Origin: Macrostomum lignano
Lineage: Eukaryota
Length of the DNA: 64,000 nt
Assembly (NCBI GenBank): GCA_002269645.1
Contig: NIVC01002176.1
Coordinates: 1 to 64,000 of the forward strand
Direction of reading: 5' to 3'
The position numbers were made by a program, and so were the translations under genes. Shown here piece after piece: positions 61,401 to 64,000 of the stretch (its first letter is position 1; every line of letters starts with the position of its first letter). Under the pieces are notes generated by a model that was not told the DNA's origin, searched no databases, and was given only the letters and a program-made list of their open reading frames with translations.

Positions 61401-61515
61401 CTGCCGTTTCCCAGGCATGACCGCTGAGAAGAGGCTGACGGGAGTGAAGCACCTCGAGGTGAAGAATGCCTATAATGTGTATTACCGGATGGTCACCGAT
61501 CATGTGGTTCCATGA
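58499..61515 (+). CDS. Secreted lipase, Lipase_2 (class 2) family; exons 58499-58811, 60493-60796, 61200-61515; 310 aa
   Basis: Phase-consistent GT-AG introns; hydrophobic signal peptide; [10 protein letters not shown] oxyanion motif, [29 protein letters not shown] nucleophile elbow, [14 protein letters not shown]-terminal D and H candidates. Confidence 0.92.
59101..59322 (-). mobile_element. Near full-length tRNA-derived SINE (family 1) with CORE-like domain, in lipase intron 1
   Basis: - strand: TGTAGCCGAGTGGTTAGAGCG (A box)..GGGGGTTCGACTC (B box), then GTGTCCTT..GAGCAAGACACTTACCTC..TTCAGTTCACCCAGTTGTAAAATGGG, resembling the MIR/CORE domain as I recall it. Confidence 0.8.
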
Positions 61516-62549
61516 ATGCCTATTGACATCTTGGCAATAAATGCACTTCTGATTCAATCTATTATATAATTGTTCAGCGGCTTTTATTCTTATTTTATGT
61601 TTGCAGAAAGAAAACCTAGCAAAAGTATACCCACAGCAACATTGAAAAGTCGCCATCACAGAAGATTCCGTCTGTCGTCGCCAATTTTGAGAGTGCAGAT
61701 GAAGTCTCTCAATCTTGCGAGTGACGCAACTCAGCTACGGCAGACCTGAGTTGAGGATGAAGTGAGAGGGGCGGTGTGCGAGGGTTGAACGGATTAAAGC
61801 CACCCCAATCAGTTTCAAAATAATCCAAGAGAAATTGCTCACTCGCGCATCAAGTGACGACTTTTCAATATTGCTGAGTATAAGAGGCTCAAATGCGGAC
61901 TTAGCGACAAATATGCTGATTAGGTCACCACTAGACAACCATGAGCAATCGGCACATACACATGTAGATAAGCTACAGAAACCCATTTTTTCTGTATCAC
62001 CATCATTTTCAGTAGTCGTTTTGATTATATTCTCATACTACGAGCGTACAAGCGGAACCTGTAGATATCCAGTTTGCATCTAAATAATTTACACACAGCT
62101 GTATCTAAACTTCTAAGCCAAAGGTAGTACATTCTCGTAATATTTTTTTTGAAAAAAACTTTAAAAACATCTCAAAATTTGACCAACTATTCTCGTTTGA
62201 GTCATGATTCGCGCATTGTGACGCCTACGCTCTTCTAGTTGACGTGGGGTGCTTGCGCGCTTGTTTTGACCTTTGGCCTCTAGGTTCTGGATGGTCGCTA
62301 GTCGATTGGCTGGGTTGTGGCGCCCCTCTCTCTCCTCTCTCTCTCTCTCTCTTGTACCCCTTGATTGCGACCTAGCACCTCCTCAACTCTCTTCCCCCTT
62401 TGTCTGTGACCATCCTTCTGATTGGCTGATTGCTCTGATTGGCTGGGCTTTGCTGTCGTCTGTTTTCTCTTTTTGATTTATAGAGGCAGTTAGCTGTGCG
62501 CACCCCGGCGCACATAAGTGACATTGTCACACTGGCCCATTCTGCCTAC

Positions 62550-62752
62550 TCCCCTGAGCAGGCAAACAGTCACACAGGAGTGTACAGCGGCCCTAACTTT
62601 TTATCGTCAGGCATGTACACTTCACTGTGCTTTCTGAGTTGCCTGTCAAGGACGTTATTTTCACGACCAAAGCCAAGCCGAGATTCCCATGTAGCCCCAA
62701 ACTAAATGTGACCATGAGAGAAGCACACTAGACCACTTGGATACGCCACTGC
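62550..62752 (-). mobile_element. Second copy of SINE family 2, head partly deleted
   Basis: Body matches 55740-55880; - strand starts with an A-box-like GTGGCGTATCCAAGTGGTCTAG. Confidence 0.6.
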
Positions 62753-62899
62753 TCTCTCACCGCTTCCCCGATTACTATTTTTATCCCCTCTGGCTGCTCC
62801 ACTAACTTTGGCTCGTGTGGCGACATCCTGAGTGATTGATTCTTTCCCACTTGGCGTGTGTTAACAATGTGTCATTGCAAAGACTCAATCTACTGCATG

Positions 62900-64000
62900 T
62901 TAAAATTGGAACTCCAGTGATTCATAGTTACTGGCACTGGGAGGTGGAAGCGACCCCTGTTGCCACAAAATGTTTATTTGGCTGCTTGATGGTTACGATT
63001 TGTTTGAATAATTTCTGCGCAAATGCCAGAAACCTCTCCAGACACAGAAAGAGTAGGGGGATAGAGATAGAGAGAGAAAGCAGTAAATTGACAATAAATT
63101 AGGAGTGCACTTGGCCCAGTGAATGCGTAGCTTAAATATCGCAAAGCTGAAAAACTGGGAAGCAGAAAGGAACACAACGGCTAAAAAGCCATTGCCAAAA
63201 ACGGATGTAGATCGGGAAACCATGGCTGACTGGGTTATACTTTTACCATGGCTGATACAGACTTCGAAATCTGAAGTGAAGCAGTTCGATGATTCATCCT
63301 TTCTAGCCAGAGATCCGTCCTTGATATGCCAGGTCGGGGTTCAGGCAGACAACTTCATCTCAGTAGGAGGCTGGGGATTATCGGAGATTGGAGCGAACTC
63401 CCCTATCTAGCGTGGGTGGAGCGGTCGTTAGGACATCAGAAAAAAAGTTTAAACGCTCATTAGTTCGGCAGTAAAAACGGTTGGAAGAAGATATGCGCAT
63501 TGAACGGAGAAGGCAGCAGTGGAGGACATTAAGCTATCGAGGCTATAGAATGACGGGATTTGCAAGGAGGACACGTTAGAAGATTATCACACCACAATCA
63601 AGCTGGGAAGCAGATATTGCACTCCACCCGATGCCGCCCTGCATTCCGCCTGCTATTATTGATCCCAGGCGGGCAAATTTCGGTCGCTCACCCTTGGCTA
63701 TGCGGCCTTCTGGAGGCGAATGGAACTCGTAGGACAGGGGAGACGGTTATAAATGTCGGCAGGGGTGGGGGAGATACGAGAGAGGGTCAGTCAGTGGATG
63801 GAGGGAGGTTCCGGTCGGCGGCAATTGAACAGTTTTTTGGTATAGTTGGCAGCCTGGCTAGGGCGATCTGGAACGCCCACCCTCCCTCGCTCTCCTTTTT
63901 TTCTCCTGGGCGTTTTGCGCAAATCATATTTCGCTACGGGGTTCCGAACATCCTCCCTTTCCATTGCGCCCAAGCTTATCCGCTTGGCAAATGCAATCTA
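62900..64000 (-). mobile_element. Highly degenerate LINE RT remnant, probably extending beyond the window
   Basis: Stop-riddled - strand translations such as HGFPIYIRFWQWLFSR and TGPSALLIY loosely resemble RT motifs; no YADD seen. Confidence 0.3.

Overview
Repeat-rich animal genomic DNA with GT-AG spliceosomal introns. GC-rich exons and a different minisatellite in many introns suggest a Macrostomum-like free-living flatworm, but the species is an inference only. Genes supported: (1) an ankyrin-repeat TRP channel with a TRPM-type pore domain (-, ~223-3756, three single-base frameshifts); (2) a frameshifted neprilysin/M13-like gene without HExxH (-, 10018-~12060); (3) a 5-exon mitochondrial carrier like SLC25A30/A14 (+, 22711-29409); (4) a 10-exon SMARCAD1/Fun30 remodeller (-, 30813-44353); (5) a 5-exon single-pass membrane protein with three PY motifs, which the ORF track only shows as fragments (-, 54377-56837); (6) a 3-exon secreted Lipase_2-family lipase (+, 58499-61515). 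Mobile DNA: three head-to-tail I/Ingi-type LINEs (12.2-19.4 kb, the first with an intact 1311-aa EN-RT-RNaseH ORF), a decayed hAT transposase (48.8-51.4 kb), a MITE, two tRNA-derived SINE families, a foldback element with a telomere-like core, and old LINE remnants. There are at least 15 tandem arrays, the largest a ~3.5-kb 20-bp satellite. No rRNA, tRNA gene or CRISPR array was found. Most promising leads: the ankyrin+TRPM architecture, the Commissureless-like PY protein, CpG-depleted domains at the 5' ends of the two housekeeping genes, possible (CAG)n-CGG targeting by the LINEs, and a ubiquitin-like RLRGG motif ahead of a LINE endonuclease. Exon models and counts were made by eye and need RNA-seq or computational confirmation.
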